DNA of 64,000 bases from Chthoniobacteraceae bacterium (GTDB lineage: Bacteria; Verrucomicrobiota; Verrucomicrobiia; Chthoniobacterales; Chthoniobacteraceae), in assembly GCA_031409335.1 (NCBI GenBank), contig JANNWY010000012.1, positions 14,803-78,802 of the forward strand, given 5' to 3'. The notes under the pieces are model-generated. The model was not told the DNA's origin, searched no databases, and saw only the letters and a list, made by a program, of their open reading frames with translations. Positions 30,399 through 41,802 of the stretch are shown piece by piece. The translations under genes were made by a program, and so were the position numbers. How positions within the stretch are numbered: the first letter of the stretch is position 1; every line of letters starts with the position of its first letter.

Positions 30399-30884
30399 TC
30401 ACCGGATTTGTGTTTCCCTCTCTTCAGCATCCAATTCATTCGCTGGCTTCACCCATTTGGCTCGCTGGCGCGCATCGGGATCGAGATGCCACGCGAGCGA
30501 TTTTCGCAGAGTTTCGACGCGAGGTTTCACGGACGAGTCGATCTTGACCATTCGATCGCAGAGCAATTTGTAGTATCCCTTTAGCGCATCGCGCTTTTCC
30601 GGATCAGTCTTCGCCGTTTGAGCCCGATCCCATTCATGCCGCACTTTCGGATCTTGCAGCGCCTTCGTCTTGGCCTCGCGGTAGCGAATCCTTAGTTGGA
30701 GATCATCGGATTCCTGCTCGGTCGAGGATTTCTTTTTCGGCGGCGGAGCGGACTTGGATTTTGGCTCTGTCGCGAACTGCGGTGTTTCGGGGATCAGCCC
30801 CAATGATTCGCCCGGAAGCTCCTGCGCGATGGCGTTCGCGGCGAACCAGCAAAGGAGTGGTGAAATGGTGGCAAGTCGTGTCAT
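30399..30884 (-). CDS. Secreted hypothetical helical protein
   Basis: MTRLATISPLLCWFAANAIA signal peptide; divergent from pabB. Confidence 0.6.
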   Translation of the reverse strand: MTRLATISPLLCWFAANAIAQELPGESLGLIPETPQFATEPKSKSAPPPKKKSSTEQESDDLQLRIRYREAKTKALQDPKVRHEWDRAQTAKTDPEKRDALKGYYKLLCDRMVKIDSSVKPRVETLRKSLAWHLDPDARQRAKWVKPANELDAEERETQIR

Positions 30885-30956
30885 AAGCGAAAGAAATTCC
30901 GACCGTAGCCAAAAAATTTCATTTGAAAAGCGCGCCCTTCCCGCGCACTTCGATCC

Positions 30957-32207
30957 ATGCCCGCGGCAGCTGCAACGATTCGTAAACTTTCCCTTGGTCT
31001 CACACCGGTCGAGGTCGCTGCGCGTTGCCGTCACCTGCCGGACATGGTGTTTTTTGATACCTCGCTGGAGTCTGCTGCTGCTGGAGAAATCTCGATTGTT
31101 GGCGCGAATCCCGAATGGGTGATCGAAGGCCACGCTGAGGAAGACTGGAAGGCATTGCGGGCCGCGTTGGCATTGCGGCAGACCGCGAATTTGCGGGACG
31201 ATGCCATCCCTCATGGCTTTGCCGCGGGGGTTGTGGAGTATGATGGCGCGTTTCGCTTTGGCTTCTACGAGGACGCCCTCATCTACCGGCATGGGGACCA
31301 AAGCTGGATCGAAATCGGGGACCTGCGCTCGCAGTTCGCGGAACCAAGCCCCGCGCAGCCTTTCAGCCGTCCAAAGTTTGAACTCACGGTCGAGCGCGAG
31401 CACTACTGCGGATGGGTCGCGCGGGCGCTGGAATACATCGCTGCTGGCGACATTTATCAGGTAAATCTAGCCCATCGCCTCGCCGCCAAATGGCACGGGG
31501 ATGCGTTTTCGTTTTACTCGGCACTGCGTCATTATTCACCCGCGCCACACGCAGCCTTTCTCCAGTCTGGCGCGCGGGCAGTGTTGTCTGCCTCGCCGGA
31601 AACTTTTCTAAAAATGTCCGGTCGCTCGATTCGCACGCGGCCCATCAAAGGTACGCGTCCGCGCCGCGCCGCATTGGATGCGGATGAAAAGTCCGCCTAC
31701 GACCTCATCACTTCGCAAAAGGAGATCGCCGAACTGGTAATGATCACGGACATGGAGCGCAACGACTTGGGCCAGGTTTGCGAGTTTGGGAGCGTCAGCG
31801 TTCCGGAATTGTTGAAGCTGGAACGTTTCGAACAGGTCTTTCACCTGACTTCCACCGTCGATGGGTCTTTGCGGCAGGATGTGGACCATGTCACCGCGCT
31901 GCGGGCGTGCTTTCCTGGAGGCTCGATCACAGGCGCGCCGAAGAAGCGGGCGAGAGAGATCATCGCGGACCTGGAATGCGAACGCCGCGGCCTCTACACC
32001 GGTGCGATCGGCTGGTTCGGATTTAACGGCGAAAGCCAGTTCAGCATCGCCATTCGCACGGTCGTCGTGGAGGCCAGCACCGCGCATTTCCACGTCGGCG
32101 CAGGCATCGTCGCGGACTCCATTCCTGCGAGGGAATGGCAGGAGACGCTGGATAAAGCGGCGGGCATCCTGCTGGCAGCGGAACGGATGGCGAATGACCC
32201 ACCCTGA
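30957..32207 (+). CDS. pabB: Aminodeoxychorismate synthase component I / anthranilate synthase I family
   Basis: GDIYQVNL, SPETFL, TRPIKGT, DMERNDLG, FPGGSITGAPK, IAIRT. Confidence 0.85.
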   Translation: MPAAAATIRKLSLGLTPVEVAARCRHLPDMVFFDTSLESAAAGEISIVGANPEWVIEGHAEEDWKALRAALALRQTANLRDDAIPHGFAAGVVEYDGAFRFGFYEDALIYRHGDQSWIEIGDLRSQFAEPSPAQPFSRPKFELTVEREHYCGWVARALEYIAAGDIYQVNLAHRLAAKWHGDAFSFYSALRHYSPAPHAAFLQSGARAVLSASPETFLKMSGRSIRTRPIKGTRPRRAALDADEKSAYDLITSQKEIAELVMITDMERNDLGQVCEFGSVSVPELLKLERFEQVFHLTSTVDGSLRQDVDHVTALRACFPGGSITGAPKKRAREIIADLECERRGLYTGAIGWFGFNGESQFSIAIRTVVVEASTAHFHVGAGIVADSIPAREWQETLDKAAGILLAAERMANDPP

Positions 32208-32234
32208 CTGCCACTGTTAGCCCCCCGGAAAAAC

Positions 32235-33150
32235 GGCTTTTCGCTAGCTTGGGTGGCTAAAAGCTGAAGGGATTTGGAGGTCGAGACGGCCAGCAATCCA
32301 ATAGCAGATGGCTTGGAGATTCTCGAAGTTGCGGAAGCCTCGGGCGCGGCGGCGGGCGGTTTGGATGATGCTATTGATGGACTCGATGGCCGCCGAGGTG
32401 ATGCGGTGAGGGCAATAGGCGAGGATGCCATCCCAATGGCTTTTGAGGGTTTGGGCCAGTTTCTTGAAGGGTGCCAGGCGGCTGCGCACCGCCCACGAGC
32501 CACTCGGCCCTGAGCTCTTGGCCGAAGGGCACCAGGCTTTGAGATGGACCTCGGCACTGGCTGCTCCGGGCCATTCCCAGGTGTCCTTGAGGCTCTCTCG
32601 GACCGCCATGGCACGGCCGAGTTCTTTGTGCCGGGCACAGAGGTCGTGGCGCAATTGGAGCTGCGCCTGGCTCAAACGGCTCTCATTGCCACGCAAGGCC
32701 GAGAGCGCGCCTTTCAGCTCCGCTCCTTCGTGCTGGAGTTGCTTGCGCACTTCATCCAAGGCCTTGCCGGCCAGTTGCATGACATGGAAGCGGTCAAACA
32801 CAATCTGGGCCTTGGACAGATGCTCGCGCACTCCCTTCTGGTAGGCGGCGCTCATGTCGATGGCCGCGAGTCGCACCTGTGCGGACTGGGCTCCATGCGC
32901 GGGCATCGCCGACACAAACTGGCCGACACTCGCCGCGGTGCGTTCAGGGGTTATGAACAAGAGTCGTGCGGGTTGCTCTTGTTGCGGATCAATCTCGACC
33001 ACCACGGTGGCGTAACGCTGTCCTTTGCGCGTGGCCGTGTCGTCAATGGCCACCGCCTGCACGGCGCTCCAATCCTGCCGCTCATGCGCCCGAGCCACAT
33101 CATGGCGCACGATGCGTCAGAGACGGGTGTCGTGTTCTGCCATGAGTTCT
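32235..33150 (-). pseudogene. ISL3-family transposase remnant (5'-deleted, nonsense codon)
   Basis: EHDTRL*R (TGA at 33117-33119), AIDDT, IDMSAAY, FDRFHV, ESINSIIQ..RRARGFR; GGCTTTTCGC terminus at 32235. Confidence 0.85.
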
Positions 33151-33633
33151 GAGGTGGACCCCGCTCATTGGACATTGGAGGAGCTTTCAGGATTTGTATT
33201 CATGGTATTGTTTATTGGGTTGCTGCCGAGTTTGGTTCCTAACGATTGAGTTTGATTGAATTCGGAGGTATAACCCGCTCCCAAGCAGCAGCAGGGAAGG
33301 AGGGATCGCGAAGCTGTGCTTCGCGATGAGCAGCGACGCTTCGCTGGAAGCGGAACGCTCCCAAGCGCAGCGGGGGACCGAGGGGAAAATTGAGGGTCGA
33401 GCGAGAGGACCGCCGTGAAAAACAGGCTCGACTTTACACCCGTGCTTCGGGCAATAAATCGTCGGCGGCGGGGCACGGCCGCGCACCGCCAGCGACCGCA
33501 TTTGTAACTTGGGAATAAAGTTCATCGTTCTTTGGAAGAACGATTGGGCGGAAAACTGAAAACCGTCGGGAACGGCAGGGAGAATATTGAGAATTTTTAG
33601 CTGCGCTAGAGCCGGTCAGGCACTTTCCGCCTC

Positions 33634-33733
33634 TAAATCAGAGAGAGACAGAGAACACGGAGCGACACAGAGATTCTTCCGAGACCGATTTTCCGCCTCT
33701 GCTTCTCTATGTCCTCTGTCTCTCTGTGTTTAA
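33634..33733. repeat. ACACAGAG / CTCTGT-type imperfect inverted repeat
   Basis: CAGAGAGAGACAGAGAACACGGAG pairs with CTCTATGTCCTCTGTCTCTCTG. Confidence 0.6.
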
Positions 33734-33832
33734 GAAATGGTGGAAGCGCACAGTGAGCTTGCCCCAGTTTGAATCACACCGGACCGGCCTTTTCCCTTTT
33801 CATCCGAAGCACTTTGCGTCTTGTTCTGGTTC

Positions 33833-34597
33833 ATGTTCAGCAACATTTCCGTCGCCCTTCTGTGCATCGCGCCTTTGGTCCGCGCCGCGCCACCGGATGC
33901 GGACGGGGCGGGCTTCAATGCGCTGATTCTTCAAGTCATCCAGTCGATGCCGCGCGAGGGCGGCTACAGCGTTGCATCACCAGCCAGCAAGCTGCTTTCC
34001 GAATCCATCCGCCTCGCGCCGCGCAATCTCAGTGTCGAGCCAGCGCGCGCAAATCCGAGCTACTGCAGCGGCGCGACGTATCTGGTCTTTGCCGGTGTGT
34101 GCCAGTGGCTCATCCGCGACGGAGATCTCGCGCTTTCCGACGAGGCGTTGCGCGCTTTGCTCGTCACGGGGCAGCGCGATGGCGTGGGCATTTGGGGGCG
34201 ATGGAATGCCAACGGGCCGGGAACGGCGCGGCTGTTTCGCGAGCTCGATTTGGGGAAAAATTTCACCGACTGGAATCAGGCGCGCGCGGGTGATTTCATG
34301 AAGATTTTCTGGAACAATGAGATCGGCGTGAAGGAACGCGGGCACTCGGTGGTATTTCTGGGAACCGAAACGGAGGGCGGCGTGGAATACGTGCGCTTTT
34401 GGTCCAGCAACAAACCGCGCGGGTACGGCGAAAAGCGCGTCACTCGGCGCAGCGTTTCCTACGCGATTTTTTCGCGGCTCGAAACGCCCGGCAATCTTGC
34501 CCGCGCTGCCGGGCTGCCAGGCCGCGACGCGTTTCTTGCAAACATGCTCACCGCAAGATTTTCGCAGGCGGAGGTGCGGGAGAAGTGCGGGATGTGA
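33833..34597 (+). CDS. Secreted hypothetical protein with possible papain/NlpC-P60-like Cys-His dyad
   Basis: Signal peptide; SYCSGATY and RGHSVVFLG. Confidence 0.55.
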   Translation: MFSNISVALLCIAPLVRAAPPDADGAGFNALILQVIQSMPREGGYSVASPASKLLSESIRLAPRNLSVEPARANPSYCSGATYLVFAGVCQWLIRDGDLALSDEALRALLVTGQRDGVGIWGRWNANGPGTARLFRELDLGKNFTDWNQARAGDFMKIFWNNEIGVKERGHSVVFLGTETEGGVEYVRFWSSNKPRGYGEKRVTRRSVSYAIFSRLETPGNLARAAGLPGRDAFLANMLTARFSQAEVREKCGM

Positions 34598-34678
34598 TGG
34601 TGAAAGCGGCGGCGTTGCGGCGGTCGCAGGTCGAGTCGGACCTTGCGGAAACGCGACGAACTTCTACGATTCCCTGCC

Positions 34679-35137
34679 ATGGAAGAAATCACTCCACCGC
34701 CCGCTCCGAGTCCTGACGCGAAACCCGTGGAGCCTGCCGCCGCGGTCCCCGTGGAAGCAGGCGCCGGCCTCGCTCCAAACCTCGCCGCAACCATCTGCGC
34801 CGTGTTGCCGTTGCTGGGTGGCGTCTTCTTTCTCGTGCAGGAAAAGAAGAACGCGTTCGTGCGTTTTTGGGCGATGCAAACGGCGCTCTTTGGCGGTGTC
34901 TGGTGCATCGTCGCCATCGTTCTCGCGGTGGTTTCCGTAGTATTTGCCGTCCTCCACGTCCCGATCCTCAGTTGGCTCATCAGCAAGGTCATCGGTCTGG
35001 TGGCGGTCGTCTTTTGGGTCGGTTTCCTCGCGATCTGGATTGTCTCGATCATCAAGGCGTTCTCGAACACGGAGTGGGAAATCCCGTATCTGGGCAAACT
35101 CGCGCGCAAACAACTCGCCGGGGAAAAGCTGTTCTAA
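34679..35137 (+). CDS. DUF4870/Tic20-like membrane protein
   Basis: EKKNAFVRFWAMQ...IIKAF...EIPYLGKLA. Confidence 0.8.
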   Translation: MEEITPPPAPSPDAKPVEPAAAVPVEAGAGLAPNLAATICAVLPLLGGVFFLVQEKKNAFVRFWAMQTALFGGVWCIVAIVLAVVSVVFAVLHVPILSWLISKVIGLVAVVFWVGFLAIWIVSIIKAFSNTEWEIPYLGKLARKQLAGEKLF

Positions 35138-36036
35138 ACGGCGCGCGCTTCGCGGGAGATTTCATCGACGAGCGATGGTCCGCTGGCGAGTCCGGTCAGG
35201 CGGATTTCGCGGAACTCCGACTCTCTGCGGAACCACGTCATTTGCCGCTTCGCGTAACGGCGCGTCGTTTGCTGAATGGCGGCGATGCATTCCGCTTGGG
35301 TCATTTCGCCCGCGATGTGGGCCCGAATTTCCCGTAGGCCAATGGCCTGCTGCGCGGAGGGCCCGACTTCGCCCGCTGCGCGGATTTCATCGACGACTCC
35401 GCTTTCGAACATCTCCACCGTCCGTCGGTCGATGCGCCCGCACAGTTCAGCGCGGGCCCGCGTCAAAGTGATCCCGCGCCAGCCGCTCGGTGTCCCGCTC
35501 CATTGCTCGCGGAAGCTGGAAAATGGCCGCCCCGTGAGCCGGCAGACTTCGAGCGCGCGAATGATGCGGCGCGGGTTTTGCAAGTCGATTCGCTGCGCGC
35601 TTTCCGGGTCGAGTTCGGCGAGTTCGCGTTGCAGCGTCGCGAGTGGATGGGATTCCAATTCCGCACGGAGCGCCGGAGATGCCGGGGGAAGTGCGGCGAG
35701 TCCGCGGGTGAGCGCGCGAATGTAAAGTCCCGTCCCGCCGACGATGATTGCGCAGTGTCCGCGTGTGTGGATTTCACCGATCCGCTGACGCGCGGCATCA
35801 AGCCAGCGGGCGACATCCCACGGCGCGCCGAGCGGCACTTCGCCGATCAGATGATGCGGCACCCTCGCGCGCAATTCGGACGATGGTTTTGCAGTCAAAA
35901 TATCGAGCCCGGCGTACACTTGGAACGCGTCTGCGCTGACGATTTCGCCGTCGCAACGCTCCGCAATGGCGACGGCAAAATCGGATTTTCCGACCGCGGT
36001 GGCACCGAGGATGAGGAATGACGAAGTGGAATTCAA
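35134..36036 (-). CDS. miaA: tRNA dimethylallyltransferase
   Basis: GATAVGKS, SADAFQVY, TAKP, VGGTGLY, RRYAKRQMTW; start approximate. Confidence 0.95.
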   Translation of the reverse strand: MNSTSSFLILGATAVGKSDFAVAIAERCDGEIVSADAFQVYAGLDILTAKPSSELRARVPHHLIGEVPLGAPWDVARWLDAARQRIGEIHTRGHCAIIVGGTGLYIRALTRGLAALPPASPALRAELESHPLATLQRELAELDPESAQRIDLQNPRRIIRALEVCRLTGRPFSSFREQWSGTPSGWRGITLTRARAELCGRIDRRTVEMFESGVVDEIRAAGEVGPSAQQAIGLREIRAHIAGEMTQAECIAAIQQTTRRYAKRQMTWFRRESEFREIRLTGLASGPSLVDEISREARAV

Positions 36037-36090
36037 AGCTCCGGGAATGAAGCCCGCGAAAGACGCGAAAGACACGAAAGAACCTTCCCC

Positions 36091-36124
36091 AAAAAAAGAA
36101 GCCCCGCCTTTCAGCGGGGCTTCT
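36091..36124 (-). terminator. Intrinsic terminator of the RRM gene
   Basis: AGAAGCCCCGC-TGAAAG-GCGGGGCTTCT-TTTTTT. Confidence 0.85.
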
Positions 36125-36153
36125 CGAATATGCCGGGTGCGGCTGACGTAGCG

Positions 36154-36684
36154 TCAATCGTACTCGCGCTCGGAGGATTTCGCGCCGCTGACGACGAGTT
36201 TGCGCCCGAGGAAATCCTTGTCGTGAAGCTCGACGACGGCCCGCTTCGCTTCATCGACACTGGCCATCGTCACGAAGCCGAACCCCTTCGATTTGTCGTT
36301 GAACTTATTCGTCACGATTTCCGCATTGCGGACCGCGCCGACGCCTTTGAACAACTCGAACAGATCGCTCTCCGCGGCGTTGAAGGAGAGATTGCCGACG
36401 TAGAGTTTCGGGCTCGTGACGTCCACCGCTTCAGGCGGACGTGCGGCGCGGGCTGGGCCGCGCCCATTGCCGCGATTGTCGTCGCGCGTTCGGGGAGCCG
36501 TGGCGCTGCCGCTGGCGGTTGAGGTTTTGCCGCCGCCGGTGAAAAGACTTTTCAGGCGCTGCCAGAGCGAGAGTTTGGCAGGCGGTGGTGGAGTTGGGCG
36601 CGATTCGTTGCGGGGATTTGAGGAAGGCCGGCGCGGGCCGCGACCTGAGCGGCGGCCAGACTGCCGGGAGTTGTTTTGGTGCAT
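36154..36684 (-). CDS. RRM-domain RNA-binding protein with disordered N-terminal extension
   Basis: RNP2 LYVGNL, RNP1 KGFGFVTM. Confidence 0.9.
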   Translation of the reverse strand: MHQNNSRQSGRRSGRGPRRPSSNPRNESRPTPPPPAKLSLWQRLKSLFTGGGKTSTASGSATAPRTRDDNRGNGRGPARAARPPEAVDVTSPKLYVGNLSFNAAESDLFELFKGVGAVRNAEIVTNKFNDKSKGFGFVTMASVDEAKRAVVELHDKDFLGRKLVVSGAKSSEREYD

Positions 36685-37208
36685 GGAGCAATTGCTGATG
36701 ATGTAACGTGGATGTGCTGGCGAAGCGCACGGAAGCCGCGCTTCGCAGGGAAGCGCGGCGGAAATGTGCACGGTTTGTCAGTGGCCGCTTCACCTGCCGA
36801 AACATGCGCAGGTGAGAGACTGGCCACGTCGAAAAACTTCGCCGGGAAAGGGTCGGATCCGTCGTGGGAAGGAGCGATTCTCCAAACCCTCCCAAGCCGC
36901 GGACACGGAGTCGGCGCAGCACAGGGACGAAGCTGCCGATCAAGAGAATGAAAAAATGAAATCTGCTCATGAACGGACAACGGGAAGGAGGGGATGCAAA
37001 AGCGACAGCCATTGCGGAACCCGACACGCGACGTGCCATAAGCTACGCGCCCGCACCCGGCAAGATGAAACATTCAACTGGCGCGCGCGTGGGGTGCGTA
37101 TCGATTCCCGCCATGGGTCAGAACCGGAAACTCAAATTTAGTGTGAAATGGCCAATGAGATTTTTGCCACTTGAGCCGCGCGCGAGCGGTGGCAATGTAC
37201 GCAACGCG

Positions 37209-37282
<74 letters not shown>

Positions 37283-37292
37283 CTTCTTTCTC

Positions 37293-37904
37293 TTACTGGC
37301 CGAGGTCGCTCAAGGCTTGCGCGGCGGCGTTTCGGACTTCCCGGTCGGGGTCGTTTTTCAGCGAATGCAGGAGGCCGCGGGCGCGGGGATCGTGCAGATC
37401 GACGAGGGTGTGGATGGCGATGTAGCGGATGCGCGTGGGCTGGTCGGCAGCGAGGGCTTTCGTGCAAAGCGCGAGCTGGTTGTCGCGCTCTTTGGTGTGA
37501 TCGAGGTCGCCGAGGACGGCGAGCATTTCGGATTTCACGTCCTCGCGGCGCTCGACCGAAAAGAGACGATTGAGAATGGTAAGGACGCTGGCAGGTGCGG
37601 CGTTCTTGAGTTCGCGGAGGGCGGCAATTCGGGCCGGAGGATCATTCGTCGCGGTGAGGAAACGCCGCTCAATCGCTCCCGCATCGGCGGGAAGTTCGGG
37701 TTCGGCGGATAGCTCGGATGGCGGCGGATCTTCGGGGATGGTTTGCGGAGTTTCCGGTGGCGCGGCTGCGATCCGGGTTTCTGCGGCATCGGGTGAAGGT
37801 GGGGGCGTTTCGACCGAGGCGGGGCGATTTTCCGAACATGCCGCGAGCAGCAATGCGAAACCGCCGAAGATGGCGGGCCGAGCGCGGCAAAAAATCAAAC
37901 GCAT
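37293..37904 (-). CDS. HEAT-repeat lipoprotein
   Basis: Lipobox LLAAC, Pro-rich linker, DPDREVRNAAAQAL. Confidence 0.7.
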   Translation of the reverse strand: MRLIFCRARPAIFGGFALLLAACSENRPASVETPPPSPDAAETRIAAAPPETPQTIPEDPPPSELSAEPELPADAGAIERRFLTATNDPPARIAALRELKNAAPASVLTILNRLFSVERREDVKSEMLAVLGDLDHTKERDNQLALCTKALAADQPTRIRYIAIHTLVDLHDPRARGLLHSLKNDPDREVRNAAAQALSDLGQ

Positions 37905-38055
37905 CCAAAAATCCGATCGCGTCGCAATTCCCCAAGTGAAATAAGCCGGGACAATTTCCCGACTTCTTGATAATAGCATCCATCGTTGCGTCTTGGAGCG
38001 ATAGTTCTGCAGACGCAAAAGTCTCATCTCGAAAAACCACCACAACAAACCAAAC

Positions 38056-39261
38056 ATGAAAACGAAAATTACCAATACCCGGAAGTTTCTCATCGGAACG
38101 ATCCTCGCCCTTGCCACTCCATTTGCGTTGCCGACTTCGGTGCGCGCCGCGGATCACGGCGATGGCCCTTCTGCTTCGCTCGATCGCTCGTGCGATATCG
38201 GCGATCTTTACTTCTTCGTGGATCCGACCGATGCGACGAAAGTCGTGCTGATCGGAACCTTTCAGGGCTTCATCGTGCCGAGCGAGGCGGGGAATTTCGG
38301 CGTCTTCGATGCAAACGTGCGCTACCGCTTTGCCATCGAGAATACCGGCGACGCCATCTTCGACAAAAATATCGACGTGACCTTCACGCCTCGCGCGACT
38401 GCCACACCCGGTGCGAAAACCCAGGTCGCGACGATCGCGATCACCGGCATCAATCGCGTGCTGACCGCCAATGCCACCAATCCCACGCTGGCGAATGTTG
38501 CCAATCCGCAAGTGGTGACGCCGCTCTCGAATCTCGGCATCGACTTCTTCGCCGGTATAGTGGACGACCCGTTCTTCTTCGACATCGTCGGGTTCAATCG
38601 CTTTGTCGCCAAAGCCACCGCGACTCCTCCCGATCCGACGGCTGGAGCGGAATTGAACCGCGGTCGCGACAGCTTCGCGGGCTACAACACGATGGCCATT
38701 GCGTTGCGAGTTCCGATCGCGCTCCTGAGGGCGGCTGGCTCGACGTCCACGTCGATCGGCGCGAATCTCCAGACTGCCCGCCGCACGATCGAGACGCCGA
38801 TTCCAGCCGGAATCACCGTGGCCAGTGGACCATTCCGCCAGATCGACCGCACGGGGATTCCCGCCGTCAATGTCGCGCTCACCCCATTTCATAAAAAGAA
38901 CCGCTACAATGCAGCGACGCCGGCCGACGATAAGGCCGGACTCTTTGCGCCAGACATCGTGGCAATCTTGACCGCGCTCGGCGCATCGCAGCCTTCGATC
39001 AGCACGCTCGCCAGCGTTGCTGTCGCGAACGGCGACATCATGCGCCTCAATACCGCCGCCGCTCCCGGCTTCCCGAACGGACGCCGTCTCCAGGACGACG
39101 TGATCGACATCATCCTCGGCATCATCGTCGCTGGAACGTTGAGCGACAACGCGAACGCGAACGACCTCAACGGCGGCGTTTTCGGCGCGTCATTCCCATA
39201 CATCCTGCAGCCGCAGCAGCCGTACCCGAACGGAACGCTCGACGACAGGACGCGCAACTAA
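38056..39261 (+). CDS. DUF4331 family secreted protein
   Basis: ADHGDGP, DIGDLYFF, DDPFFFD, QIDRTGIPAVN, GFPNGRRLQDDVID. Confidence 0.88.
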   Translation: MKTKITNTRKFLIGTILALATPFALPTSVRAADHGDGPSASLDRSCDIGDLYFFVDPTDATKVVLIGTFQGFIVPSEAGNFGVFDANVRYRFAIENTGDAIFDKNIDVTFTPRATATPGAKTQVATIAITGINRVLTANATNPTLANVANPQVVTPLSNLGIDFFAGIVDDPFFFDIVGFNRFVAKATATPPDPTAGAELNRGRDSFAGYNTMAIALRVPIALLRAAGSTSTSIGANLQTARRTIETPIPAGITVASGPFRQIDRTGIPAVNVALTPFHKKNRYNAATPADDKAGLFAPDIVAILTALGASQPSISTLASVAVANGDIMRLNTAAAPGFPNGRRLQDDVIDIILGIIVAGTLSDNANANDLNGGVFGASFPYILQPQQPYPNGTLDDRTRN

Positions 39262-39324
39262 CCATCAGTCTTCGTGCCGCGCCGGTCCGCCATTCGCGGG
39301 TCGGCGCGGCTTGCGTGTACAGCC

Positions 39325-40548
39325 ATGCGCCCCCTTTTTATTTGTTCGATCCTTGCCTTCGCTTCCGTCGCGGCAGCGGCGGACTCGGGCGATTCCGGGA
39401 TTCGTTTTTTGGAAAATCGCGTCCAGCGTGATCCCGATGATTTCATCGCGTGGAATCAACTTGCCGAGCGGTATCACCGCGAATTGCGACGGACCGGCGA
39501 CGATCGTTTCATCCGGCTGGAAATCGAGGCCGCGGAGAAATCGCTGAAGGCGATCCCGGCGGCGCAAAATCCCGAGGGACTCGCGGCGCTCGCGCAGGCG
39601 CGGCTTACGGCGCATCGTTTTGCCGAGGCGCGCGCGGCGGCGGAGCAGTTGCGCGGGATTTTGCCGGGGAAAATCCGACCGCTGGAATTGCTGGCGGACG
39701 CGGCCATTGAATTGGGCGACTACGACGAGGCGCGGAAGATTTCAGAAGAACTCGCGAAGCTCCCAGGCGCGGAGTTTTCCGCCGCGGCGCGGCAGGCAAA
39801 GCTGGCGATCATCGAGGGCAAGCCGGAGCGCGCGCGGGAGCATTTTGAGCAAGGGCTCGCGCGCAGTGCGGAGCGCGCGGCCACGGAGCCGGAGGTGGCC
39901 GCGTGGTTTCACCTGCAACTCGGCGAGCTGGCGTTCAAGGCCGGCGATTGGGAAGCGGCGGAGCGGCACGACGCGAAGGCGGGCGAAGTGTGGCCGGATG
40001 GGTACAGCGTGGTCGATCACATCGCCGAACTGCGCGGCGCGCAGGGGCGGACGGAAGAGGCCATCGCGCTGTACGAAAAGCTCGCCGCGCGGATTCCGCG
40101 TCCCGAGTTTTTCCAGGCGCTCGGCGATTTGCACGTGATCGCGGCGCTGCCGGAAAAAGCCGCGGTATGGCACGCGCGGGCGGAGGCGGCTTATCTGCAA
40201 AGCGTGAAGGATGGCGCGGTGCATTTTTACCATCACCTCGCGGGATTTTATTCTGATTCAAAGGAGGACGCCGCGCAGGCCGTCGAGTGGGCGCGGAAGG
40301 ATCTCGCGCTGCGCCGCAGCATCCACGCGCACGATGCGCTGGCGTGGGCGCTTTACAAAAAAGGTGAAGCTGCGGAAGCCGCGAGCGAGTGCGCAAAGGC
40401 GCTCGCGACTGGCACGCGCGATCCGCATTTGCTCTACCACGCCGCGATGATCCGCATGGCCACGGGTGATGTCGCTGGCGGGAAAGCGGCGATGCAACTG
40501 GCCGCGAGCGTGAACCCGAAGTTCAACACCTTTCACGTCCACCGATGA
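39325..40548 (+). CDS. Secreted tetratricopeptide repeat protein
   Basis: Multiple TPR-like helices, HDALAWALY, LLYHAAMI. Confidence 0.85.
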   Translation: MRPLFICSILAFASVAAAADSGDSGIRFLENRVQRDPDDFIAWNQLAERYHRELRRTGDDRFIRLEIEAAEKSLKAIPAAQNPEGLAALAQARLTAHRFAEARAAAEQLRGILPGKIRPLELLADAAIELGDYDEARKISEELAKLPGAEFSAAARQAKLAIIEGKPERAREHFEQGLARSAERAATEPEVAAWFHLQLGELAFKAGDWEAAERHDAKAGEVWPDGYSVVDHIAELRGAQGRTEEAIALYEKLAARIPRPEFFQALGDLHVIAALPEKAAVWHARAEAAYLQSVKDGAVHFYHHLAGFYSDSKEDAAQAVEWARKDLALRRSIHAHDALAWALYKKGEAAEAASECAKALATGTRDPHLLYHAAMIRMATGDVAGGKAAMQLAASVNPKFNTFHVHR

Positions 40549-40560
40549 TGAAATGGCTAT

Positions 40561-41785
<1,225 letters not shown>

Positions 41786-41802
41786 GGTTCCCTCGCGCGG
41801 TT

